This document shows positions 28,268-37,021 of a stretch of DNA of 64,000 nucleotides, piece by piece. A program made the translations under genes and the position numbers. A model generated the notes under the pieces. It saw only the letters and a list, made by a program, of their open reading frames with translations, was not told the origin of the DNA and did no database searches. Source of the stretch: Patescibacteria group bacterium (GTDB lineage: Bacteria; Patescibacteriota; Microgenomatia; Levybacterales; UBA12049); the NCBI GenBank assembly GCA_038063415.1, contig JBBTVD010000009.1, positions 15,430-79,429 on the forward strand, read 5' to 3'. The first letter of the stretch is position 1; each line of letters opens with the position of its first letter.

Positions 28268-29023
28268 TTAGTATGTTTCGTAGGACAAGGTGACCATTGA
28301 GGTAATGACATTTTCCCCAGGGTTGAGTTCAGTGGTTTGTGCAGGTTCTACACTATCTTTTGCCATAGCCGACATTTCATATCTCATTGGAGCAACAGGG
28401 TTCACATCTGTTTCTTGCACATCAATGATTCTTCCTAAGCGAATATCTGCTTCACTACTTAATGCCTTAGCTTTTTCTTTGGCTTCAGCAATTGCCTGCT
28501 TACGAGCCTCTGCTTGCAATTCCTTTCTCTTTTCTTCATTAACTATGAACGTTATGCCACCAACCTGCGTTGCGCCGTCTTTGGTTGCTAGATCAACGAC
28601 TGTATTGGCTTTATCAATAGGGGTCACCTCTACTTGAATAGAGGCATCAACTTGATAGCCTGTGAGTTGCTGTTGTCCACTCGTCCAGTCGTAGCTTGGA
28701 TTAACGGAGTAATTGGTTGTTTTGATATTGTTTGCTTCAACACCCTGTGCTTTGACGTCCTCGGTTATTTTGTTAATAATTTGATCAACTTGTTGTTTTG
28801 CGACTTCAACGGTAGTAGCTTGTTTGTTTACTCCCAAGCTTACGATAGCAGTATCAGGAATTGCAGTGACCTCCCCTGTTCCCTGTACCGTGAAGAGAGA
28901 TTCTTTGGTAGTTGTGGTACTGGTAACTGAGAATGGCAGTGGGCCAAAGATCTTTGTGTATGCTAGTAGACCTACAAATATAAAGAGAACAGTAAAGAAT
29001 GGAATTTTCAGATCACGCACCAT
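28268..29023 (-). CDS. SIMPL domain (DUF541) protein
   Basis: VQGTGEV...PD.A, IKTTNYSVNPSYD and ARKQAIAEAKEKA..L. Confidence 0.9.
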   Translation of the reverse strand: MVRDLKIPFFTVLFIFVGLLAYTKIFGPLPFSVTSTTTTKESLFTVQGTGEVTAIPDTAIVSLGVNKQATTVEVAKQQVDQIINKITEDVKAQGVEANNIKTTNYSVNPSYDWTSGQQQLTGYQVDASIQVEVTPIDKANTVVDLATKDGATQVGGITFIVNEEKRKELQAEARKQAIAEAKEKAKALSSEADIRLGRIIDVQETDVNPVAPMRYEMSAMAKDSVEPAQTTELNPGENVITSMVTLSYETY

Positions 29024-29055
29024 ATATATTATTGAAGTACTTTTGAAGTTGTTTG

Positions 29056-31233
29056 TCAACTTCTTTTTTTTGAGTATCCTAACTCCCACTCTAACTGAGA
29101 AATAGCCCCTTCTGCTTTAGCTATTAGGGAAGCATGTTCTGTTGAATCCAGTAGTGCTATAAATTGACGATATGACTCAATCGCCTCTTCTGGCCTGCCG
29201 AGAAAAACAAGGGTACTCCCTCTATTATAATAAGGAGGGGCAAAATGACTATCAAGAGCAATTGCTTGATCATAATCATGTAGCGCTTCCTCTGGCTGAT
29301 TGAGACGTTTAAGAACATTCCCTCTATTATAATAAGGAGGGGCAAAATGACTATCAAGAACAATTGCTTGATCATAATCATGTAGTGCTTCCTTTAGACG
29401 TCCAAGACGCAAAAGAGCATTGCCTCTATTGTTATAGAAGGTAGAAAAATGCGGGTTGAGAGCAATTGCTTGATCAAAGGCTACCAATGCCTCCTCTGGC
29501 TGATTGCTCTCAATGAGGGTATATCCCACGTTATTAAGTAGTTGTATATCCTGTCCATATTCTGATTGAAAGAGTGTGACAGAATTCAGTAGTCCTTCCC
29601 TGATCCATTTTGGCATCTCACTCCATGGCATCTCAGAGGTTTGTAGTTCAAACGAAATTCCCCTTGGATCAGGATTGTGGGCAAACGCAACTAAGTCAGC
29701 AACCGTCGTTTGTGTACCATCGTGATTAGTTCCGAAAATCATTTTGTTCGTGAGTCGCCCATTCAGTGAAGGTTTTAGCATGTCCCGCCATTCGATGTTC
29801 CCATCACTGGTTACCAAAAAAAGCAGCGAATGTTCCGGAACATTACCCACCAAATACCTGAGCCCTGCCTCCTGCATTAAAGCTCCACCAAGTTCTGAGG
29901 CACCAACACAATTTACACACTGCGTTGCAAGAGCTTTTTTGGGAGTATCTGCATCTTCGTTACGAGGATAGCTGCTTACCACTTGCTGAATGAGATCAGC
30001 AATTTTCCGTTCTTTTTTACTGATTGCTGCTCTGTCTTTTGTTTGCCTGACAGTTTCAAGCTCTACCCGCAGCCGGTCTATTTGTACCGCTTCACGCAAA
30101 GTTTCTTCACCATCTCTCCAATGTAGATGAGTATGCCTTACTGAATCAGGAAGCTTATCAAGTGGCATAGTGTCTGCGAGTAACTGCATACCTCTACGAA
30201 AAACAGCGTTAACTAGCTCCCGCCGCGGGGCTTCCATAGGTTTCTCTAGTGCTTTTTCTACTTTATTTAAAAACGTGCTATGAATCGGTGTGTCACTTCG
30301 ACGTGATCTTGCTTCCTGCTCAGTATGAGAATCATGAGGAACAGTCCGTAATTCTCCACGTGCTTCCCGCTGTTGTAGTGTGAATGATAACTCCGCTATT
30401 CTGAAAAAATGTGCTATCTTCTCTGAACGATACTCCTCATCTCCCATGATTGGTTCTTGTGGTCTTTGTCTATATGCCTCTTTTCTTACTGCATGGACAA
30501 GCACATTGCGTTGAGGAAGCATCATCTGGATCGCTCGATAGCTTTTCACCTTTGCTTCGTCTACTCTTGATGCAGGATCTGTCAGAAAAGAAAGAAATTC
30601 CCTGCTCTCTTCCTCAGAAAGGATCTTCCCTGTAGTGACAAAAATGTCAAGACAGAGTGTTCTTTCAGGGGAAAGTGTTGCCTCCGCTATTGGTGGCTCT
30701 GTTCCTTTACCAAATTTAGTCCCATAAGTATATAACGCTTCTCCTAACGAACCTGCTATTTCTGCTGTGGCGTGAGCTCTTTCTCGTGTCTGATCGCTCC
30801 CTGATTTCAGCATGCCACGGCGGAGACGTTGCTGATTGATTTGCTCTACCTTGTCACGTCGGGAGTAAAAATAAACGCCTGTGTCTCGCAGGAACGTCAT
30901 CAATTCCCGCATTTTACCGGACACTTCACGTTGTCGTTCTGGTTTATCCTTAAACGTGTCTTTATCTACCTCTTCTAAAACACCAACGATATCCCACAAC
31001 TGTAATTTCTCATGCAGATATAAAATCTTTCCCCCGTTTGCTCCTTGCTCCAGTATATTGTCCTTGCTTTTTGCATCCCAAGCTTTTTTATCTATTATCT
31101 GTGGTAGGATATGATTATTTTCTGAACACCATACTGTAAAAAAGCCTCCCACTGCGGGATTACTGAAGACCCTTTGTTCAGTTTTTTCCGCAACGGCAAA
31201 TGGTACTTCTCTTCCTTTAAAAGCTTCACTCAT
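29056..31233 (-). CDS. Large protein with a transglutaminase/papain-like Cys-His core and C-terminal TPRs
   Basis: NCVG.S...VPEHSLL...D core; four TPRs, two of them a near-identical 102-bp duplication. Confidence 0.7.
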   Translation of the reverse strand: MSEAFKGREVPFAVAEKTEQRVFSNPAVGGFFTVWCSENNHILPQIIDKKAWDAKSKDNILEQGANGGKILYLHEKLQLWDIVGVLEEVDKDTFKDKPERQREVSGKMRELMTFLRDTGVYFYSRRDKVEQINQQRLRRGMLKSGSDQTRERAHATAEIAGSLGEALYTYGTKFGKGTEPPIAEATLSPERTLCLDIFVTTGKILSEEESREFLSFLTDPASRVDEAKVKSYRAIQMMLPQRNVLVHAVRKEAYRQRPQEPIMGDEEYRSEKIAHFFRIAELSFTLQQREARGELRTVPHDSHTEQEARSRRSDTPIHSTFLNKVEKALEKPMEAPRRELVNAVFRRGMQLLADTMPLDKLPDSVRHTHLHWRDGEETLREAVQIDRLRVELETVRQTKDRAAISKKERKIADLIQQVVSSYPRNEDADTPKKALATQCVNCVGASELGGALMQEAGLRYLVGNVPEHSLLFLVTSDGNIEWRDMLKPSLNGRLTNKMIFGTNHDGTQTTVADLVAFAHNPDPRGISFELQTSEMPWSEMPKWIREGLLNSVTLFQSEYGQDIQLLNNVGYTLIESNQPEEALVAFDQAIALNPHFSTFYNNRGNALLRLGRLKEALHDYDQAIVLDSHFAPPYYNRGNVLKRLNQPEEALHDYDQAIALDSHFAPPYYNRGSTLVFLGRPEEAIESYRQFIALLDSTEHASLIAKAEGAISQLEWELGYSKKRS

Positions 31234-31255
31234 GATCTAAGAATAGCACAATATT

Positions 31256-31385
31256 CTAAGTAGCCATATAATCAGCACCTTTTTGACTCTTTGAGCTATA
31301 AGATCTTTTTAAGAGAATGTGTCTAAGTCCACGTTCTGCCTTGTTGTTATCAGCAGTAGGAATACCTAGTTTAGTAAGACAGGTA
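31256..31385 (-). mobile_element. IS66-family transposase fragment
   Basis: IPTADNNKAERGLRHILLKR..SYSSKSQKGA matches the IS66 TnpC DNNxAERxLR motif. Confidence 0.65.
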
Positions 31386-31403
31386 GAATGGTCTAGTGAA
31401 CAG

Positions 31404-32042
31404 TTACTCTGTTTTTGCCTCAAAGTATTTTTTTCCATGACCGACGTTAGTATTCACTGCAATATTTTTCTTACACAAAGGGCAATCTTTCTCTTCCCAT
31501 GATTCTGCTTTGAGTACAGCAAGGGAGGTAAATGGTGCCCCAATTGATTCTGAGGTAACAAGTTCCGGGTCACGATTGACCATCACACAAACGCCAACGA
31601 CTGTCCCTCCAACAGCTCGTACGCTGTCGACAACCTTTTTAACAGAGCCACCAGTGGTAGTTAAGTCTTCAATTACGAGCACTTTTTTGCCTTTGACTAA
31701 CTGATCATACCCTCTGGTAAAGATTTGGTTTTTGTCTGGAGTCTTTTCTGTATACACACCAAGAATTTCCTTGCCTTTAGCTTGTGAGAGATGATAAGCA
31801 GTCCACGTACAGAGGATAATTCCACCAAGTGCTGGTGCTGCAACGAGATCAATATCCAACTCTTTATTTTTTTCAGCAAATAATGCTCCCATTTGCGAAA
31901 CAGCCTCTGTGTGAGGATACAGGGCGTCTTTATTGAGATAGACAGCCATATGTCTACCAGAAGTCCCCACAAAATGGCCATCTGTATAGATAGCTTTTGT
32001 TTTTCTGAGTAATTCTAATGTTTTTTGATCAATCGTTTCCAT
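31404..32042 (-). CDS. pyrE: Orotate phosphoribosyltransferase
   Basis: GHFVGTSGRH, VLVIEDLTTTGGS and C-terminal CPLC. Confidence 0.9.
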   Translation of the reverse strand: METIDQKTLELLRKTKAIYTDGHFVGTSGRHMAVYLNKDALYPHTEAVSQMGALFAEKNKELDIDLVAAPALGGIILCTWTAYHLSQAKGKEILGVYTEKTPDKNQIFTRGYDQLVKGKKVLVIEDLTTTGGSVKKVVDSVRAVGGTVVGVCVMVNRDPELVTSESIGAPFTSLAVLKAESWEEKDCPLCKKNIAVNTNVGHGKKYFEAKTE

Positions 32043-32093
32043 AGACTACAATTATACTATAAAATCTTTCTTATATTGTTCTTGAGGAACAAA

Positions 32094-32978
32094 TTATCGA
32101 TAGTTATTTATAGTATCTCGTAATTGTGTTGCTTCTTCCCTGGCTTTTTCTGCAAAATCTTGTCCGCTTGAGGCAAAAAGAATACTTCGTGATGCATTAA
32201 TCATCATTCCACGCTTCTTGGTATTTAATCCTGCTTTGACTGTAGCTTCTGTATCTCCACCTTGTGAGCCAATTCCTGGAACAAGTAGTACCATGTCTCC
32301 AACGATCTTGCGAATTTCAGTAAGCTGTGCAGGATACGTCGCCCCCATAAAGATCATCGTATTTGGATAGCCTCCCTGTTGTTGCATGAGTTCTTGTGCG
32401 ACGAGTTCATAGAGTGGCTTTATTTTGTCATGCTGAATTTGTTTCAGCATCTCTTCTCTTGTTTGCTTGGGATCCTGAAATGAATTCAGGATGACATACT
32501 GTTCCTGAAATTCTTTGGCTTCTGGGTTTGAAGAGTGACAACCGACAATAATTCCTTTATCTTTATAGGCAAAATAAGCGCTTAGTGATCCAATTCCCAT
32601 ATACGGCATGACTGTCAAAGCATCAGCTTGAAGATAGTCAAAGATATACTGGGCATAGCCTTTGTTGGTATTACCTATGTCTCCACGTTTGGCATCAATG
32701 ATAACAGGAATCTCTGGATACTTCTCCTTGATATAATCGCAGGTCATTTTGAGCTCTCGCACTCCTCTATCCCCGCGTGATTCGTAAAAGGCGGGATTTG
32801 GTTTATATACACAGGCCAAATCATGCGTGGCGTCAATAATTGCTTTATTAAATTCAAACTGTGGGTATCCTTTTTCTTTAAGAAAATCTGGGAGTTTGTC
32901 AAAATCGGGATCAAGGCCGACACACAGGAGAGAATTATTTTTATCAACAGCGGCGTTTAGTTTGTCATGAAAGGACAT
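32094..32978 (-). CDS. pyrF: Orotidine-5'-phosphate decarboxylase with an in-frame repeat insert
   Basis: LCVGLDP, DAKRGDIGNT, GATYP and LVPGIGSQGGD. Confidence 0.96.
   Translation of the reverse strand: MSFHDKLNAAVDKNNSLLCVGLDPDFDKLPDFLKEKGYPQFEFNKAIIDATHDLACVYKPNPAFYESRGDRGVRELKMTCDYIKEKYPEIPVIIDAKRGDIGNTNKGYAQYIFDYLQADALTVMPYMGIGSLSAYFAYKDKGIIVGCHSSNPEAKEFQEQYVILNSFQDPKQTREEMLKQIQHDKIKPLYELVAQELMQQQGGYPNTMIFMGATYPAQLTEIRKIVGDMVLLVPGIGSQGGDTEATVKAGLNTKKRGMMINASRSILFASSGQDFAEKAREEATQLRDTINNYR
32426..32496. repeat. Palindromic element in-frame within pyrF (VILNSFQDPKQTREEMLKQIQHD)
   Basis: TGTCATGCTGAA..TTCAGCATC ... GATCCTGAA..TTCAGGATGACA. Confidence 0.85.
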
Positions 32979-32982
32979 AGTG

Positions 32983-33624
32983 TTAGAGGTATTGTAACAA
33001 ATCTTTGACGTTTTTGACAATGTGCGTTGGCTTTGCTTTACTGATTTCATCCTCTGCCCCGTAGCCATAATATACTCCTACTGAGTCAATAGCATTTGCT
33101 TGTGCTCCGAAGATATCGTGTTTCCTGTCCCCTATCATGACAAAGGAATATTTTGGTTGGTCAGGAAAAAGAGCTAACGCTTCGGCTACGAGGTCTGTTT
33201 TGTCGGCATTGGAGAGATCGGGCTGTGAGCCGACGACTTTTTCAAAAAATGTATCCAACCCGTGGTGTTGCACAATCTTCTCTGCAATCCAGGTTGGTTT
33301 TGAAGTGACTACGAGAAGTCTGTTCCCTGATTGTTGGAGATTGGTGAGAACAGCAATGATATCAGGATATACGGTACTCTCATACATTCCAGTCGGGTGA
33401 AAATATTCTCGATAATGGAGCACTCCTTCCATCGCCTTTTCCTCGCTAAATCCATAATACTCTTGAAATGATTTATGGAGGGGTGGGCCGATAAATTTGA
33501 GAAGATTTTCAGTGTCTTCTTCAATTCCCATTCTTTTCAAAGCGTGCTGGGCAGCTTTGGTTATGCCAATTTTGGGATCAATGAGTGTCCCGTCAAGGTC
33601 AAAAAAGATAATTGGATAGGCCAT
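32983..33624 (-). CDS. HAD-family hydrolase (nucleotidase / phosphoglycolate-phosphatase-like)
   Basis: FDLDGTL, FIGPPL, TSKP and MIGDRKHD. Confidence 0.92.
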   Translation of the reverse strand: MAYPIIFFDLDGTLIDPKIGITKAAQHALKRMGIEEDTENLLKFIGPPLHKSFQEYYGFSEEKAMEGVLHYREYFHPTGMYESTVYPDIIAVLTNLQQSGNRLLVVTSKPTWIAEKIVQHHGLDTFFEKVVGSQPDLSNADKTDLVAEALALFPDQPKYSFVMIGDRKHDIFGAQANAIDSVGVYYGYGAEDEISKAKPTHIVKNVKDLLQYL

Positions 33625-33627
33625 GGG

Positions 33628-34098
33628 TTAGTTTGTCTTTGCAGTTGTTAATCGTTCAAGCTTGGTGATTCTCACGTCGTGAGTCTCCATTCGTTCTTCA
33701 ATCTTTTTTACTTGAGCCGTTGCAAGTTCTCTATCTTGTTGTCTTGTTTCCAGTTCTTTTAAAAGTGGGTCAATAGCGGTAAGCACTCTATTGGTAAATT
33801 TTGACATTTCTGCCATGATATCTTCTTTCATCAGAGAAAAATCATATTTCATTTCAGCTCGCAAAGCATTTTGAGAGGCAGTAAGTCGGTCAGAGAGATC
33901 TTTTTTGGTCGGATAGTCGTTTAATGCTTTTTTCAGATCTAGTTTCGTTGGGTAGTCACTGAGAGTTTCTTTTAGGTACAGTTTGGTCGGGTAATCACTA
34001 AAAGCTTCTTTTAAATCATACTTTGTTGGGTAATTATCTAAGACTCCTTCTAATTCTCCTTTTGTTACGGGTGTTGGTGTTGCCGTTCTCTTTTGCAT
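33628..34098 (-). CDS. Coiled-coil protein with four 13-aa YPTKxxL repeats
   Basis: 39-bp tandem repeats; coiled-coil C-terminus. Confidence 0.75.
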   Translation of the reverse strand: MQKRTATPTPVTKGELEGVLDNYPTKYDLKEAFSDYPTKLYLKETLSDYPTKLDLKKALNDYPTKKDLSDRLTASQNALRAEMKYDFSLMKEDIMAEMSKFTNRVLTAIDPLLKELETRQQDRELATAQVKKIEERMETHDVRITKLERLTTAKTN

Positions 34099-34163
34099 AA
34101 ACTTAGTCTAAAAGATTCTTACTAGTTTGTCAACGAGATAAATTTCTATTTATTGTAGAAAAA

Positions 34164-34793
34164 TCATTCTGTGTCTCTTTCCTTCTCTACGGCTTTCTTT
34201 TGACCTGGAGATAACGTGTCCCAGATATTGTCTAGAAGTTCGTCTCGCGTCAGGACGTGGTGGGTCAAATAGGTTGTCGGTTTTGGCTTTCGGATAAAGC
34301 CGACAAAGATTTGGATGTCAGTAATGAGGGAAAACCCTTCACTAATGAGATCTGCCACGTTTTTGGCAGTCCCATCACCACCGGTTGTGACATCATCAAG
34401 CAGCGCAACTGGTAAATCCCAATGAACATTTCCGGTAAGTTGTTTTTGCGTCCCTTGCTCGATGGTAGTGAGGGCTTGGGATTTAAAGATAATTTGTGGC
34501 TTATCTTCACTATATGCCACTGATCCTACCATCTGGGCACTTATCTTGGAGTCAACATTGCAGAGTATATATTTTTTATCTTTATATGTTTCGTTTAGAA
34601 GAGCTATGATTACATCAATAAACGCTTTATATGCTTGAGGAGACGATGCTACCCTACTATGATCAAGGAACATAGAGGATTTCTTCCCACTTCGTAGTGT
34701 AAAAGGTTCGTCTTCAATTGATTTAACAATAAAGGCATGTGTCTGGAGTAATCCTTTGATGTAGTTTTGTTTTAAGGTTTGGAAGTCTGTCAT
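34164..34793 (-). CDS. Divergent PyrE-like phosphoribosyltransferase
   Basis: FTLRSGKKSSMFLD and PRPP loop LLDDVTTGG. Confidence 0.7.
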   Translation of the reverse strand: MTDFQTLKQNYIKGLLQTHAFIVKSIEDEPFTLRSGKKSSMFLDHSRVASSPQAYKAFIDVIIALLNETYKDKKYILCNVDSKISAQMVGSVAYSEDKPQIIFKSQALTTIEQGTQKQLTGNVHWDLPVALLDDVTTGGDGTAKNVADLISEGFSLITDIQIFVGFIRKPKPTTYLTHHVLTRDELLDNIWDTLSPGQKKAVEKERDTE

Positions 34794-35209
34794 TTATTGG
34801 TAAACAGGAGATACATTCCTGTGCTGGCTAGTATGATACCAAAGAAAAGATTCCAGGTAAACTTCTCTTTCAACAGAAGTATTCCCAAAATAGTCAGTAA
34901 GATAACTCCACCAATACGCATAAACGGCATAACGGTAGAAACACCTTGAATCCCCTCCAGTGCCTTAAAAGAAAAAGCTGTAAAGATTGAAATGAAGACA
35001 CCTCCGGTGAGTGCATAATACAGAGCATTGGTATGGAGGGGTGCCTTACGGCTGAAGAGGAAATAAAGAATGATTGCCGTAGTAAATGCTCCTGTTTGAA
35101 AAAGAAGGTTTGCGACAAAGGGATCTTTGAGTTGCGAGCCAAGTTTGCGGAAGAGATCAGCAAAAGAGACGAAAAAAATACCACCAAGAGCATACATAAA
35201 CCAATGCAT
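34790..35209 (-). CDS. EamA/DMT family small transporter
   Basis: Five TM helices; LLKEKFTW...GI.L...G. Confidence 0.85.
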   Translation of the reverse strand: MHWFMYALGGIFFVSFADLFRKLGSQLKDPFVANLLFQTGAFTTAIILYFLFSRKAPLHTNALYYALTGGVFISIFTAFSFKALEGIQGVSTVMPFMRIGGVILLTILGILLLKEKFTWNLFFGIILASTGMYLLFTNK

Positions 35210-35243
35210 GATTTAAGTATAGCAGGTTTATCTGAAGTTTGAT

Positions 35244-35326
35244 CCGTCATGCTGGCTCATCCAGCATCTCTTATTGATTCTGGATGCACGCTCCGTCAGT
35301 TGTCGGATCGCTTACCAGAATGACGG
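35244..35326. repeat. Palindromic element with a nested mini-palindrome
   Basis: CCGTCATGCTGG...CCAGAATGACGG with an extra TCCGTCAGTTGTCGGA segment. Confidence 0.8.
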
Positions 35327-35339
35327 TTATGAGTTAGAG

Positions 35340-36650
35340 TCAGTTTGGTCGAGTTATTTCCTCAAAGTTTTCCTCGGTGAGGAGCTTTTTGGCAAGTACA
35401 ATCTCTCGGAAAGACTTCTGCTCTGCAACTGCTTCTTTGACAATCTTACTTACGGTGTCATAGCCAAGTTGCGGAGAGAAAAGGGTTGCATAGGTTGTCG
35501 AATTCTCCAGAAGCTCTTCACAGCGTTTTTCGTTTGGTTTGAGATATTGAATACAATGGGTTGCAAAGACAAAAAGTCCTGAAGAACTCATCTTGAGCAT
35601 CGTAATCATGGCCTCGGACATAACTGGGAACATCAGCGAAAGCTCAAGGTATGAGTTTGTTGCTGCTTGATGAATGGTCAGATTCTTCCCCATGATATCG
35701 TAGGCAATTTGATTCATTGATTCTGGAATAATTGGGTTTACTTTCCCCGGCATTATAGAAGAACCAGGTTGCAGCTCTTTGAGTGAGATCTCCCCTATTC
35801 CACCATACGGACCACTCGCAAGGAAACGAAGATCATTAGCAATCTTATTGATATCCGTAAAGAGGATATTGAGTACTGCGCTCAATTGGCAGAAATCGGA
35901 CGAGCTACTTGTCTGGGACATCATATTCTTTGCTCGTTTGATTGGGAGGTTTGTAATTCGTTGCAACTCTTGGTATGTATGTTGCATATAAGCTTCTGAT
36001 GCATTAACACTATTACCAATTGCTGTCCCTCCAAGACTGAGATCATAGAGATAGTTTTGTGCTTCTTTAATTCTCTTTTTATTTCTCTTCAGAATATCTC
36101 GATACGAAGCGCATTCTGCACCAATAGTCGTCGGAACGGCGTCTTGAAGATGGGTTCGGCCAATCTTACGAACATGTTTATACTTTTTTGCTTTATCATC
36201 AAAGGCGGTAATTACATAGTCTAAGCTCGTAAGAACTTCTTGAGTAAGTCTAATACAGACAATTTTAAGCGCTGTCGGATTTACGTCGTTGGTAGATTGT
36301 CCCATATTTACTTCATCGTTGGCATGAATTTTATGTCCATTAGCGTGAATCTCAGTAGCACGAACAGCAATGACTTCGTTGACGTTCATATGGATTGAGG
36401 TGCCTGCTCCCCCCTGAATCGCGCAGGTGACAAATTGCTCGTCAAACTTGCCAGCAATGATTTCATCGGCTGCTTGGACAATTGCCTGTGCGTACGGTTT
36501 TGGTAATTCTCCAGCTTTATAATGCCCAATTGCTGTAGCTTTTTTTACCTCCGCAATGCCATAGATAAGTTCAAGATGGACTTTGTTGGCAGGAAAAGGG
36601 AAGTTCCTGATTGCTGCTTCTGTTTTTTTACCGTAATAGATTTTTTTCAT
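35340..36650 (-). CDS. aspA: Aspartate ammonia-lyase (AspA/FumC family)
   Basis: QGGAGTS..MN.NEV, GQSTND, GRTHLQDA and GSSIMPGKVNP. Confidence 0.8.
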   Translation of the reverse strand: MKKIYYGKKTEAAIRNFPFPANKVHLELIYGIAEVKKATAIGHYKAGELPKPYAQAIVQAADEIIAGKFDEQFVTCAIQGGAGTSIHMNVNEVIAVRATEIHANGHKIHANDEVNMGQSTNDVNPTALKIVCIRLTQEVLTSLDYVITAFDDKAKKYKHVRKIGRTHLQDAVPTTIGAECASYRDILKRNKKRIKEAQNYLYDLSLGGTAIGNSVNASEAYMQHTYQELQRITNLPIKRAKNMMSQTSSSSDFCQLSAVLNILFTDINKIANDLRFLASGPYGGIGEISLKELQPGSSIMPGKVNPIIPESMNQIAYDIMGKNLTIHQAATNSYLELSLMFPVMSEAMITMLKMSSSGLFVFATHCIQYLKPNEKRCEELLENSTTYATLFSPQLGYDTVSKIVKEAVAEQKSFREIVLAKKLLTEENFEEITRPN

Positions 36651-36676
36651 TGTTTTTACATTTTGTCTTAAGCTCT

Positions 36677-36760
36677 CGTCATTCTGGCTTGTCCACTCCG
36701 ATTTAATCGGAGTCCAGAATCAAATGTGATCCTGGATGCGTTTCACTTACCAGGATGACG
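36677..36760. repeat. Palindromic element with a nested CTCCGATTTAATCGGAG insert
   Basis: Matches 16300-16364 plus a 21-nt insert flanked by repeated GTCCA. Confidence 0.85.
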
Positions 36761-36904
36761 TTATCATATTGAACTGTACCAGAAGTAATATTGTCAAATC
36801 TTGAAAATATACATAAATGTCAGTCAAAAGTTTTGTTTGTGAGATATAATGTTTAGCGAGGACCTCTTTGTCTTTGCTCTTCAGCGATGAAGGAGAATAA
36901 AAGC

Positions 36905-36934
36905 ATTATAGACAGAATGAAAAACGGTTGTCAA
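36905..36934 (-). promoter_or_regulatory. Consensus sigma70 promoter TTGACA-N18-TATAAT upstream of aspA
   Basis: Both hexamers are perfect matches. Confidence 0.7.
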
Positions 36935-36943
36935 GCTCTTTAT

Positions 36944-37021
36944 ACGTCATTGCGAGGAGGGTTATGCGACGAAGCAATCTTATGAGATCGCCACAACTAC
37001 TTCGTAGTCTCGCGATGACGT
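36944..37021. repeat. Palindromic element (GTCATTGCGAG...CTCGCGATGAC subfamily) supplying the pyrD C-terminus and stop
   Basis: Same subfamily as 60503-60576; overlaps the last codons of pyrD. Confidence 0.85.

Noticed and set aside
29215-29395. DGR template/variable repeat pair
   Set aside because: Both copies are tandem in-frame TPR units with few differences, and no reverse transcriptase is present in the window.
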